This document shows positions 49,120-58,461 of a stretch of 64,000 nt of DNA, in pieces; position 1 is the stretch's first letter; each line of letters opens with the position of its first letter. The notes beneath the pieces were generated by a model. The model did no database searches and was not told where the DNA came from. It was given only the letters and a program-made list of their open reading frames with translations. A program made the translations under genes and the position numbers. The stretch is from Methanomassiliicoccus sp. (lineage in GTDB: Archaea > Thermoplasmatota > Thermoplasmata > Methanomassiliicoccales > Methanomassiliicoccaceae), in contig JADFDJ010000010.1 of the NCBI GenBank assembly GCA_018262895.1, positions 17,199 to 81,198 of the forward strand, given 5' to 3'.

Positions 49120-49806
49120 TCACCGAACTTTGTGGGCCTCGGAAGTGAGGAGGATGTGTATAATATCAGCGACGTCCTTGCAGGAGTCAGAGGCGTTCTC
49201 GATCCCGTGCAGCATGTCCCGAAGCAGGAACACCGCCCGGGGGTCGATGTCGGAGAACAGTATCTCCTTCTTGGTGACGAAATATAGCTCGTCCAGAACG
49301 TGCTCCAGCCTCTCCACCTCTCGGGAGTGCTTGTCGGCCAGCTCCTCGTTTATGCCCAGCTGCTCGATGCTGGCCCGGAGCTCCTTGGCGGCCCTCTCCA
49401 GCTCTATGGTCATCTCGTGATAGTGGGACCACAGGCTGACGGGCACCCTGACCTTGGCCTCCAAGATGAGCTGCAGGTTCATACCCGATTCCTTGGACCA
49501 GTCGGCGACGAAGTCCATGCGGCGTATCAGGCGCAGGAGGTCCTCACGCTCCTTGGGCTCCATGTCCCCCTTGCTCAGCTCCATGCTGACCCGCTCCTCG
49601 ATGGTGTCCGCTTCCTTCTCCGAGAGAAGCATTCGGTTGAGAGCCTCGACAGCCTTCTCAGTGTCCGAGTTGCATAGGGCGGTTACCGCCTTATTGAGCT
49701 CAGCGGTGGCGTCCCCGACCGCGCGCACATGGTCCTTGAGGCCTCTGATCACCAACGACTCCCGGCGCTTTCCGAACCATTCCATCAAAGATCTGCGTTC
49801 ATTCAA
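49120..49806 (-). CDS. DUF47 (PhoU-like) phosphate transport regulator
   Basis: Two helical repeats EKEADTIE…REDL…D.VAD and LEHVLD…ENASDSCKDVAD. Confidence 0.85.
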   Translation of the reverse strand: MNERRSLMEWFGKRRESLVIRGLKDHVRAVGDATAELNKAVTALCNSDTEKAVEALNRMLLSEKEADTIEERVSMELSKGDMEPKEREDLLRLIRRMDFVADWSKESGMNLQLILEAKVRVPVSLWSHYHEMTIELERAAKELRASIEQLGINEELADKHSREVERLEHVLDELYFVTKKEILFSDIDPRAVFLLRDMLHGIENASDSCKDVADIIHILLTSEAHKVR

Positions 49807-50884
49807 GCTTGATCGCCTCCTCCACGCCCTCAGGTGGCCTGGGGTAAAGAATTCCCGACCTCTTGCTCCAGATCAGGTTGACACGATCGCCGACGCTGTA
49901 GACCCGGTCCTCCGAGGTGCTAACGTCGAAGAGCATCGTGTCCTCGCTGTCGCTTTCCACTGTGATTCGAATATAAGTTCCCATGTAAGTAATTTTAATA
50001 ATTACGGAATTAAGACCTTCGTTCGCAGGGTGTACCCTCTCTGGCCTTATGGAGAGCACTACGGCGTCCCCCCTCCGGAACTTGGAGGGTTTTGCCTCCA
50101 CCACCGTACCATCCCGAAGCTCCACCAGGGAGCGGTCGGGAAGGACCTCCTTGACCACCCCCTCCAGCAGGTTGGTCTCCCCGATAAAGTTGGCGGTGAA
50201 AAGGTTCTGAGGAGAGAGGTAGAGCGCCTCCGGGGTGTTGGATTCCACAATGCGGCCGTTCCTCATGAGCACTATGCGGTCGGAAACGGTCATGGCCTCC
50301 TCCTGGTCGTGGGTCACGTGGATGACGGTGAGCCCCAGGTCCTTGGTGATCCGCCGCAGCTCGTACCTCAGGTCCATGCGGACTCGCGCATCCAGTGCCG
50401 ACAGGGGTTCGTCCAGAAGTAGGAGTTTGGCGCCAGATGCCAGCGCCCGCGCCAGGGAGACCTTCTGCTGCTCTCCCCCGGACAGCTCGTCGGGGAACAT
50501 GCCCATGCGGTCCAGAAGCTTCACCATCTCCAGGTAGCGCTGGGGCACCGACTTCACCTCCTCCTCCGACATGTCCTTCACGATAGGGCCGAAGGCCACG
50601 TTGCCCAGGGCGGTCAGATGGGGGAAGAGGGCGATGTTCTGGAACACGTAGCCTATGTCCCTCTCCTCTATCGGCACGTTCGTCATGTCCTTCCCGGCGA
50701 TGAACACCTTCCCCTCGCTCGGCTCTATGAGGCCGGCTATCATCCGGATCAAAGTAGTCTTGCCGCAGCCAGAGGGGCCAAGTATCGTCACGTACTCTCC
50801 ATCAGCGACCTTGAGGTTGATATCGGCGGAAGCGGTGACCTTGCCGAACCTCTTGGCAATGTTGATCAGCTCCACCTCCGGCAT
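49799..50884 (-). CDS. ABC transporter ATP-binding protein with TOBE domain
   Basis: GPSGCGKTT, LSGGEQQ, LLLDEP, VTHDQEEA. Confidence 0.95.
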   Translation of the reverse strand: MPEVELINIAKRFGKVTASADINLKVADGEYVTILGPSGCGKTTLIRMIAGLIEPSEGKVFIAGKDMTNVPIEERDIGYVFQNIALFPHLTALGNVAFGPIVKDMSEEEVKSVPQRYLEMVKLLDRMGMFPDELSGGEQQKVSLARALASGAKLLLLDEPLSALDARVRMDLRYELRRITKDLGLTVIHVTHDQEEAMTVSDRIVLMRNGRIVESNTPEALYLSPQNLFTANFIGETNLLEGVVKEVLPDRSLVELRDGTVVEAKPSKFRRGDAVVLSIRPERVHPANEGLNSVIIKITYMGTYIRITVESDSEDTMLFDVSTSEDRVYSVGDRVNLIWSKRSGILYPRPPEGVEEAIKLE

Positions 50885-51981
50885 CAGTCCACCCTCAGCT
50901 CCTCTTCCAGGCCGCCCTCCGGATAGGGAAAGACGGAGGCCTTGGGGATATCCCAGTTCAAGCCCACCTCATCGCCCACCGCCACCTGGTCCCTGCGGCT
51001 GGCCGGAAGCTTGACGGAAAACCTCCCCAGTTCGCCGGCGTTGACATCCAAGTGGACCACCCTCCCCTCGAAGAGTGTCCTTTCCACGGTCCCCATTACG
51101 AAGGCGTCGCTTCTCTTCACCACCCGTGTGTTCCCGACCTTTATCGCGACCACGGCCTTGGAGTCGACCGGTATCTCCGATGAGCGGGCGAACACCACAT
51201 GGCCCTTGTCATCCTCCACCGTGGTCATGCGGCCGTCGCGCGAGCACAGGATGTTGCCGACGAAGAAGTTCGACTGCCCCACGAAATTGGCCACGAAGGG
51301 AGATACAGGATCGTCGAACACCTCCCGGGGAGTGCCGATCTGCACTATGTGCCCGTTTCGGATGACCGCGATACGGTCGGCCATGACCATGGCCTCCTCT
51401 TGATCATGGGTGACATGTATCACGGTGAGGCCGAGGGCCTTGGCCAGGGAGCGCAGCTCGTGGCGGAGATCGATCCTGAGACGAGCGTCAAGAGCCCTCA
51501 GGGGCTCGTCCAGCAGAAGGACGTCAGGGTTGGTGGCCAATGCCCTTGCCAGGGCGTTGCGCTGCTGCATCCCTCCCGACAGCTCTCGAGGGTAGGAATC
51601 CGCCCTCTTGGTCAGCCTCACCAGGTCCAGAAGCTCGACCAGCGTCTTCCTGCTGTCGAGCTCGGGGACCTTGCGGATAGAGGGGCCGAACAGAATGTTC
51701 TCGGCCACCGTCATGGTGGGGAACAGGGAGTAGCGCTGGGACAGCAGGACGGCGTTGCGCTCCTCCGGTTCCAGGTCGGTGACGTCCCTGCCGTCCAGGA
51801 ACACCTGGCCAGAATCGGGCTTGGTGAGGCCGGCGATGATCCTCAGGGCAGTGGTCTTGCCCGCACCAGTTGGCCCGAGAAGGCAGAGATACTCGCCGTT
51901 CTCCACCTCCAGATCCAGATCGTCGGCGGCGACCACCTCGCCATAGGATTTCTTGATGTCCCGAAGGATGATGCTGGGCAT
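50884..51981 (-). CDS. ABC transporter ATP-binding protein with TOBE domain
   Basis: GPTGAGKTT, LSGGMQQ, LLLDEP, VTHDQEEA. Confidence 0.95.
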   Translation of the reverse strand: MPSIILRDIKKSYGEVVAADDLDLEVENGEYLCLLGPTGAGKTTALRIIAGLTKPDSGQVFLDGRDVTDLEPEERNAVLLSQRYSLFPTMTVAENILFGPSIRKVPELDSRKTLVELLDLVRLTKRADSYPRELSGGMQQRNALARALATNPDVLLLDEPLRALDARLRIDLRHELRSLAKALGLTVIHVTHDQEEAMVMADRIAVIRNGHIVQIGTPREVFDDPVSPFVANFVGQSNFFVGNILCSRDGRMTTVEDDKGHVVFARSSEIPVDSKAVVAIKVGNTRVVKRSDAFVMGTVERTLFEGRVVHLDVNAGELGRFSVKLPASRRDQVAVGDEVGLNWDIPKASVFPYPEGGLEEELRVD

Positions 51982-53642
51982 CAGATCGCCTCCTTCCTCT
52001 TCTTGGTCAGGTAACGCAGGACGAGCATGAATATGTAGGAAACGATGATGAGTATGATGCAGGCGAGACCTGCCTGGTACAGCTCATCGGCCTTGACCAG
52101 GCTCACGATGTATACCGGCGCCGTGAGAGCGTTGCTGCCTAATACCGCCTGGGTGGCCCCGGTCTCACCGAGACTGCGGGTGAAGGCCATGATGGCGCCC
52201 GCCAGAATGGAGCTCTTTATGAGCGGATAGAGGACACGATGGAAGCTCTGGATCGGTTTGGCTCCCAGCGTCCGGGCGGTCTCCTCAAAGGATGGGTCTA
52301 TCTCCTCCACCGCGCCGGCAACGTTCCTTACTACCAGTGGATATGTGAATGCTACATGGGCAAGGGTGAGGACCACGAAGCTTGCGCCGCCTGTCAGGCC
52401 GGTAGAGCCCCAGAACAGGAACAGGGAGTAGCCCAGGGCAGCGGTGGGAACGATGAGAGGGACGTTGACCAGCACATCCAGGACGTTCGATGAAGCCCGG
52501 TCCCGGTGTTTCGTTATATAGAGTGCAAAGGGTATGCCCAGGGCAATATCGATGACCGTGACCACCCCGGCTACCAGGAAGGAATAGCCCAGCGCGTAGG
52601 ATAGCGCCCCCATGTCCAAAGAAGCAGGGTCCGAGAACAGAACGTATGTAAAAATGAAGAAAGAAGGGATAAGAACGATCAAGGCGAGGAAGAGCAACGC
52701 CCCGCCGTCCTTCATCTTGGGGAATATTCCCCGGCTCAGCATCTTCTCCTGCATCGGCCATACCTTCCGCAACGGAAGGTGGAACTTCATGATGACCAGC
52801 TTCAGGATTATCAAGAGGATGAGCGCTAAGGCAATCAGCAGTATGCTCACGAAGGCCAACGAGGGGGCGTAGGTGGGGTCGTTCTCCACCAGGGACCTCC
52901 ACTCCCCGATCAGCGTGGACCCGGTGAAGAAGTTCGCGGCCTCTCCGATGCCCAGGTTGGCCATGGTGCTGAGCGCTATCATGGTGCCGCCGGTCTCGCT
53001 CATGCTGCGGGAGAAGCAGAGGATAACGCCCGTGGCCAGACCCGCGCGGAACAGCGGCAGGGTTATGGTCCTGGCCGCGGTAAGGCGGCTGGCCCCCAGG
53101 GTCCTTCCTGCGACCTCGTAGGTATCGTCTATCTCCTCCAGGATGGCCGCGAGCGAGCGGACCATGTAGGGATAGGAGAATACGATGTGCAGAAGGATTA
53201 TCAGAAAAAAGGGAGAGGATATGACGGAAAAGGAGAAAGGTACCGGGTCGGGGTTCATCACCCAGAACACCGCGGCCGAGAACCCCAGGGCGGCCGTGGG
53301 TACTGCCAAGGGCATATCTATCAACGTGTCCAGGAACTCCTTGCCCCGGAACTCCTTGCGTACCAATATCCAGGCGACGGGCAGGCCTGCAAGGAAATCG
53401 ATGACGGTAACGATGGCAGCTATCTCGAAGGATGCGGCCACAGCGTTCACTATGACCGACATGGTCTCCGGTTTGCTTAGGACAGTGGTCTCGATGGCGG
53501 ACCAATCGGTGAAGGCATAGGTGACGACATAGAGGGTCGGAATGACGACGAAGAACAGGAAAAAAGCGATGATGAAAACGGTCCAGCCCTTTCTGAACCC
53601 CTTTCTGCTGATGAAATCCACGACCCAGTCCATTCGTTTCAT
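51981..53642 (-). CDS. ABC transporter permease, fused double TMD (CysT/W-ModB/FbpB-like)
   Basis: Two EAA loops (YEVAGRTLGA, FEETARTLGA); LIDMPLAVPTAALG; FSRSMSETG / FTRSLGETG. Confidence 0.9.
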   Translation of the reverse strand: MKRMDWVVDFISRKGFRKGWTVFIIAFFLFFVVIPTLYVVTYAFTDWSAIETTVLSKPETMSVIVNAVAASFEIAAIVTVIDFLAGLPVAWILVRKEFRGKEFLDTLIDMPLAVPTAALGFSAAVFWVMNPDPVPFSFSVISSPFFLIILLHIVFSYPYMVRSLAAILEEIDDTYEVAGRTLGASRLTAARTITLPLFRAGLATGVILCFSRSMSETGGTMIALSTMANLGIGEAANFFTGSTLIGEWRSLVENDPTYAPSLAFVSILLIALALILLIILKLVIMKFHLPLRKVWPMQEKMLSRGIFPKMKDGGALLFLALIVLIPSFFIFTYVLFSDPASLDMGALSYALGYSFLVAGVVTVIDIALGIPFALYITKHRDRASSNVLDVLVNVPLIVPTAALGYSLFLFWGSTGLTGGASFVVLTLAHVAFTYPLVVRNVAGAVEEIDPSFEETARTLGAKPIQSFHRVLYPLIKSSILAGAIMAFTRSLGETGATQAVLGSNALTAPVYIVSLVKADELYQAGLACIILIIVSYIFMLVLRYLTKKRKEAI

Positions 53643-53718
53643 TTCACAGCCCTTGGTCCGTCGTCCGGTAAATCCTGAGGCGATATATACCTATTGAAAG
53701 GTGCTCCGGCGTCTGGAT

Positions 53719-54684
53719 TCATTGCCTGGCCAGTATCTCGTTGATTACCTTTCGCCCCTTCTCCACTACGCAGTCGGGACCGATGATGCTGCCACGCACC
53801 CGGGCCCCCTCCTCGATCAGCGCTCCCCTGAGGAGCATGCTATCCGCGACCTCCGCCCCCTTGGATACCAGGACATCATCTTCCATGTACACATGGGGGC
53901 CGATGCGGCAGCCACGGATATGCGCTTTCTGCAGCATATTGGACCCGCAGATCGTGGCATCCTCCTTTATGAGCTCCGGGGCCTCCTTGCCTCCGCCCAG
54001 GTCCAGAAGGACCCTCTGGGCCTTCAGGATGTTCTCCCTGGTCCCACCGTCGACCCAGTAGCCGGAGAACCCGTACCCGTAGAGCCCGCGGTCCAGCACA
54101 TTGGGGAAGACCTGCCTTTCCAGTGATACGACGCCGTTGGGAATGTGCTCCAGGATCTCCTTCTCGAAGATGTACACGCCAGCGTTTATAGAGTTAGAGA
54201 CGGCCTTGTCCCTCTCAGGCTTCTCCTGGAACTCGGTTATCAGGCCCCGGGCATCGGTCGACACCACTCCAAAGGCCGAGGGGTCCTCCACCTTCCACAG
54301 GGACATTGTACCGATACCACCATGCGTACGGTGGTACCTCAGCATGTCATTGAGGTCGATGGAGCATATGACGTCGCCGTTGAAAGCTATGAAGGTGTCG
54401 TCCAGGTATCGGGACACGTTCTTGACCGCGCCACCGGTGCCCAGAGGCGTGTCCTCGTTCGCCAGGATTACCTTGCGGCCGACATCGTGAGAGCGGAAAT
54501 ACTCCTCCAGGGCGTCCTTCATGTAAGAGACCGCCAGTATCACCGTGTCCACCTCCGCTGGCAGTGGATCAATTATGTGAGAAATGAGGGGCTTGCCCAG
54601 CAGTGGCACAAGAGGCTTGGGCATCCTCATGGTGAGGGGTCTGAGACGGGTACCCAGCCCTCCGGCCAGTATCAGTGCTTTCAT
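53719..54684 (-). CDS. NDP-sugar pyrophosphorylase (mannose-1-phosphate guanylyltransferase-like)
   Basis: LAGGLGTRLRPLT…PKPLV, PLGTGGA, NGD, FQEKP, INAGVY. Confidence 0.9.
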   Translation of the reverse strand: MKALILAGGLGTRLRPLTMRMPKPLVPLLGKPLISHIIDPLPAEVDTVILAVSYMKDALEEYFRSHDVGRKVILANEDTPLGTGGAVKNVSRYLDDTFIAFNGDVICSIDLNDMLRYHRTHGGIGTMSLWKVEDPSAFGVVSTDARGLITEFQEKPERDKAVSNSINAGVYIFEKEILEHIPNGVVSLERQVFPNVLDRGLYGYGFSGYWVDGGTRENILKAQRVLLDLGGGKEAPELIKEDATICGSNMLQKAHIRGCRIGPHVYMEDDVLVSKGAEVADSMLLRGALIEEGARVRGSIIGPDCVVEKGRKVINEILARQ

Positions 54685-54711
54685 CGGTCGCGCCTGGTGA
54701 GGTATATTGGA

Positions 54712-54927
54712 TTACACTGGAGATATGCTTACCACATTGTTACCGCGTAATACAACGATCCCCAATCGCCTGGTCTGCTCTGAGGTCCGCTCCTCGGTAT
54801 CCTCCAGGACCATGTTCATGTAGTCATCATAGCCGACCAGTTTTCCCTCAAGGATCCTGGTGTCCTTGAGCAGGAGGGAGATCCGGTGGTCCATTGACTT
54901 CTCGAGAAGAGCGAGTGGCATTACCAT
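54712..54927 (-). CDS. Sm-like archaeal protein (SmAP/Lsm)
   Basis: Sm1 GKLVGYDDYMNMVL and Sm2 LRGNNV. Confidence 0.95.
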   Translation of the reverse strand: MVMPLALLEKSMDHRISLLLKDTRILEGKLVGYDDYMNMVLEDTEERTSEQTRRLGIVVLRGNNVVSISPV

Positions 54928-55069
54928 AAATAATCACTTACTGTGGCATTGTGGGGACCGAATTTAAGCTTTCCGTCCTCCCGGCCTAGCTGAGCAGAGG
55001 AATGTTCGATCTTCTTGAAGGAGAAGTTACCGCGGCAGTAATGGAATATCCTTAAATCCAAGCTTTTTC

Positions 55070-56884
55070 ATGGCAAATCATAAAATGGACGCAGAAACCC
55101 GTTTGATCCTCGATATCGCCCTTCTCTTAAGCGCGACAGGGCTTCTCTCGCTCGTTCTTGGAAAACTGCGTCTACCTGCCATCATCGGTTATCTGGCAGG
55201 AGGGCTGGTACTGGGCTCCAGCATCATCCCCGGTTTTCAGATGGAGGAGGGGACCCTGGAAGTGTTCTCCACCATAGGCATCATCCTCCTGATGTTCTTC
55301 ATCGGTATCGAGCTGAACCTCAAAGGTCTCCGGAAGACAGGTCCTGCGGCCTTCCTCATCGTCTCCATCGAGATGACGATGATGGTCATCATCGGCTACT
55401 ATCTTGGCCGCTTGATCGGCCTTGATGACGTTCAGTCCATTTTCATCGGTGCCATTGTTTCCGGTGCCAGCACCGCCGCGGTCCTCATGGTGGCCAAGGA
55501 GAACCTGCACATGAGGGGCGACCTGTCCACCATGGTCATGTCCCTGATGGTCTTCGAGGACATCGCCCAGATCATCATCCTTACCCTCGCCTCGCCTCTG
55601 GCCTCGGGAAAAGGCAGCTCCGAAAACGTGTACTGGGTGGTCCTGGAGATCGCGGCCTTCATGGGCCTCAGTATACTCATCGGCCTGGCGGTCATGCCCC
55701 GGGCGATGGACTGGCTCCGGCGCAACTATACCAAAGAGACCGTCCTCATCATCTCTCTTGCATTCTGCTTTACCCTTGCCTTCATCTCCGGTTATGTCGG
55801 CCTGTCAGTGGCCATAGGGGCGTTCCTAGCAGGAATCATCGTCTCCGAGTCCTCATGTAACAATATCGTCCGCCGCCGCATCGAACCGATGAAGGAGGTC
55901 TTCATTGCCATCTTCTTCTTCGCCATAGGGATGAGGATAGATATCGGATTGGTCCTCGACAATATCCTGCTGTGCGTTACCATCGCCATCATCTTCATAT
56001 TAGGAAAACTGACGAGCATCTTCTTCGCCAGCTACCTGACGACCATGAGCCTGCGATCCAGCTTCTACCTGGCGTCCAGCATGGTGGTTATGGGTGAGTT
56101 CGGTTTCATTATCGCCACCCTTGGTTTGAACGGGGGCATCCTGGACCTTTCCATGTACTCCACGGTCATCGGTGCTGCTCTGATCACCATGGTGGTGCTC
56201 CCCCTCCTCTCCCGTGCAGGACCGAGGATCTTCGACTTCGGCTCAAGGAACGCACCAGGTTTCGTTCGCGGCGTCGTACGGAGGACGGAACGGGTGCGCG
56301 GTGAGGTGCGAAGAAAGATGGCCATATCCCCGGAGCTGCGTCTGGAGGTCCGCGGCCAGCTCCTGATGGTGTTCGTGGACATGGTCCTCGTCATAACCAT
56401 TATCCTGGTCCTTAACCTGCTCGATCCCCTCAGGGAGGCATTAACACCGCTGGCTGGTAACATCCATATACTGCCATCGCTCCTGTTGTTCGTCACCAGC
56501 ATCGTGCTCATCTCCCCATTGGTGGTCAACGTCATCACCCGCCTCCGCCTCATCGCTTTCATAATCATGATGAACGTATCCGAAGGTGGACGGCAAACGG
56601 TTGCCGGAAGAATGCGCATCTACCGGGTATTCAGGAACATCGGGGGCTTCCTTGTGATAACGGTCCTGATGCTGCTGATCCTACCTCTGCTCCCTCAGGT
56701 ATCGACATTCGATGAGACTGCCCTCCTTGCCCTGACGGTGATAATAGTCTTGTTCTCCATGTTGTCCTGGGGCATCCTCCGGCCTGCCTTCGGCAGGATT
56801 TCCCAGGGAGTGGTGGCACGAATCGTTCTCATAGATGAGGATAAAGAGGAGCAGCCAGGGGAAGTTATCGTCTGCGATGATTGA
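55070..56884 (+). CDS. Cation:proton antiporter, CPA2/Kef type, with additional C-terminal TM segments
   Basis: PAIIGYL, LMFFIGIE, STA, VFEDI, GAFLAG, MGEFGFII. Confidence 0.9.
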   Translation: MANHKMDAETRLILDIALLLSATGLLSLVLGKLRLPAIIGYLAGGLVLGSSIIPGFQMEEGTLEVFSTIGIILLMFFIGIELNLKGLRKTGPAAFLIVSIEMTMMVIIGYYLGRLIGLDDVQSIFIGAIVSGASTAAVLMVAKENLHMRGDLSTMVMSLMVFEDIAQIIILTLASPLASGKGSSENVYWVVLEIAAFMGLSILIGLAVMPRAMDWLRRNYTKETVLIISLAFCFTLAFISGYVGLSVAIGAFLAGIIVSESSCNNIVRRRIEPMKEVFIAIFFFAIGMRIDIGLVLDNILLCVTIAIIFILGKLTSIFFASYLTTMSLRSSFYLASSMVVMGEFGFIIATLGLNGGILDLSMYSTVIGAALITMVVLPLLSRAGPRIFDFGSRNAPGFVRGVVRRTERVRGEVRRKMAISPELRLEVRGQLLMVFVDMVLVITIILVLNLLDPLREALTPLAGNIHILPSLLLFVTSIVLISPLVVNVITRLRLIAFIIMMNVSEGGRQTVAGRMRIYRVFRNIGGFLVITVLMLLILPLLPQVSTFDETALLALTVIIVLFSMLSWGILRPAFGRISQGVVARIVLIDEDKEEQPGEVIVCDD

Positions 56885-57050
56885 AGGCGTTCTCGTGAAA
56901 CCTGCGCTCCAATAATCCCTGAAAAATCAAGCAATTAATCTAAATGCAGCCTCTCAGGCGATGTGGGGCCGACGATCAGAGGCCGATTGGAACTGAGTAC
57001 GCAGATCAAGTATGCTGTCGTCCAAGCCGGTCTACTAGGCCTCGCGCCCC

Positions 57051-57557
57051 CTATGGCCCCTTGGCCCGGTTCTCCATCCACCTCTTGACCGCGGTCTTGC
57101 TGGTCCCATCGATACCGAAGTACTCGCAGAACCGCTTGGTGGTGGTCAGCAGCAGCGTCTGCCCCTTCTTCTTTGCGGTCACCAGGCCCAGCTGGTGAAG
57201 CTCCCTTACATCATCGTACACTCTGGCACCCAGGGACCGCGCGAGGTCGCTCTGCAAAATGGGCTGATGATATGCGATCATGGCCGCTGTGCGGAGGACA
57301 TCGTCCGGCACCTCCTTGGGGGCGAACTGGCGACCGAAGGGGCGATACTGCTCCCTCACGATGAACGAGTAGCCCATGCCGGTCTTGGACAGCTCGATGG
57401 CCGAGCCCCGGCCGTCGTACTCCTCCTGCAGCTTCTTGATGGCCTTGCGGATTACGCTCCCGCCCAGCTGTGTCTGTACCTCCATCTCCGATATCTTTAC
57501 CGGTTGAGAGGAAGAGAACAGCACCGCCTCTATTATGCGGACGGGGTCCAGGTCCAA
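57051..57557 (-). CDS. scpB: Segregation/condensation protein B
   Basis: IEAVLF, LRTAAMIAYHQPI, TTKRFCEYFGI. Confidence 0.93.
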   Translation of the reverse strand: MDLDPVRIIEAVLFSSSQPVKISEMEVQTQLGGSVIRKAIKKLQEEYDGRGSAIELSKTGMGYSFIVREQYRPFGRQFAPKEVPDDVLRTAAMIAYHQPILQSDLARSLGARVYDDVRELHQLGLVTAKKKGQTLLLTTTKRFCEYFGIDGTSKTAVKRWMENRAKGP

Positions 57558-57558
57558 T

Positions 57559-58461
57559 TCACCTCACCACCTCAGTGCTAGCCTGGAAGGAACGGGGCGA
57601 AGGAGTGGCCGGAGCGTCCTCCAGCGTCCCGATGTCCCAGTCCATCTTTACCTCCAGGGAGATGGGACCGAAAGGCAGGTCCTCCTGCCAAACAGATATC
57701 TTGCCAGAGCGGGCGAGGAACAGCAACGACATGAAGACGGTGACCATATCCTCCTTCCCTCCATCCCATATGTCCGTGATGTCCACCGGACCGGTGCCGC
57801 ACCTGCAGATGCGCTGCCACACCATCTCCACGTCCCTCTCCATATCGTCGTTGTGGGCCTTGGAGTCAAAGGCGGCGTCAAGCTTGGCACGGTTGGCCTC
57901 CCTGAGCTTCTCCCGGAGCTTGTTGCGCTCCTCCTCCCTCTGCGCCTCCTCGAACGCATCGAGAAGCTCGACCAGCGTCACCGGGCGGCTCCCCCGGTGC
58001 CTGACCACCTCATTCAGCTCCACCTCGTCAGGCATGCACAGGATGGTGCGCGGCTCATCGAACGAGAACATGTCCATGAGGTCCATCTCCTCATGATCGG
58101 CGTTCCGCGTCTCGGAGTTGGAAAGCACCTGCTCGCTCTGCATCCTCAGGATGGACCAGGCCATCAGCATGAGCTTGCCGGCGATCACGAAATTGACCTC
58201 CTCGTCCCGGACCTTCTCCGCGTACAGCTCCGAGAAGCGTATGAGATCGACATCCCAGGGATCGAGATCGTTGGACAGTACCAGCTCGAACACCGTCTCG
58301 ATGGAGCGGTCCAGGGGGTCCCGCTGCAACACCTGGGAACCGGTCTCGTGTAGCACCGTGAGATATCGATCGATCTTCTCCGCACCGGCGCCCTCGTCGA
58401 TCATGGCCTTGTGGAAAAGGAGGTGCTCCAGCACCCCCTCAGCAGCTTGGTTGGCTATCAT
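57559..58461 (-). CDS. scpA: Kleisin ScpA
   Basis: LDPWDVDL, AGKLMLMA..LRMQS, RPVTLVELL, FMSLLFL…QEDLPFG. Confidence 0.93.
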   Translation of the reverse strand: MIANQAAEGVLEHLLFHKAMIDEGAGAEKIDRYLTVLHETGSQVLQRDPLDRSIETVFELVLSNDLDPWDVDLIRFSELYAEKVRDEEVNFVIAGKLMLMAWSILRMQSEQVLSNSETRNADHEEMDLMDMFSFDEPRTILCMPDEVELNEVVRHRGSRPVTLVELLDAFEEAQREEERNKLREKLREANRAKLDAAFDSKAHNDDMERDVEMVWQRICRCGTGPVDITDIWDGGKEDMVTVFMSLLFLARSGKISVWQEDLPFGPISLEVKMDWDIGTLEDAPATPSPRSFQASTEVVR

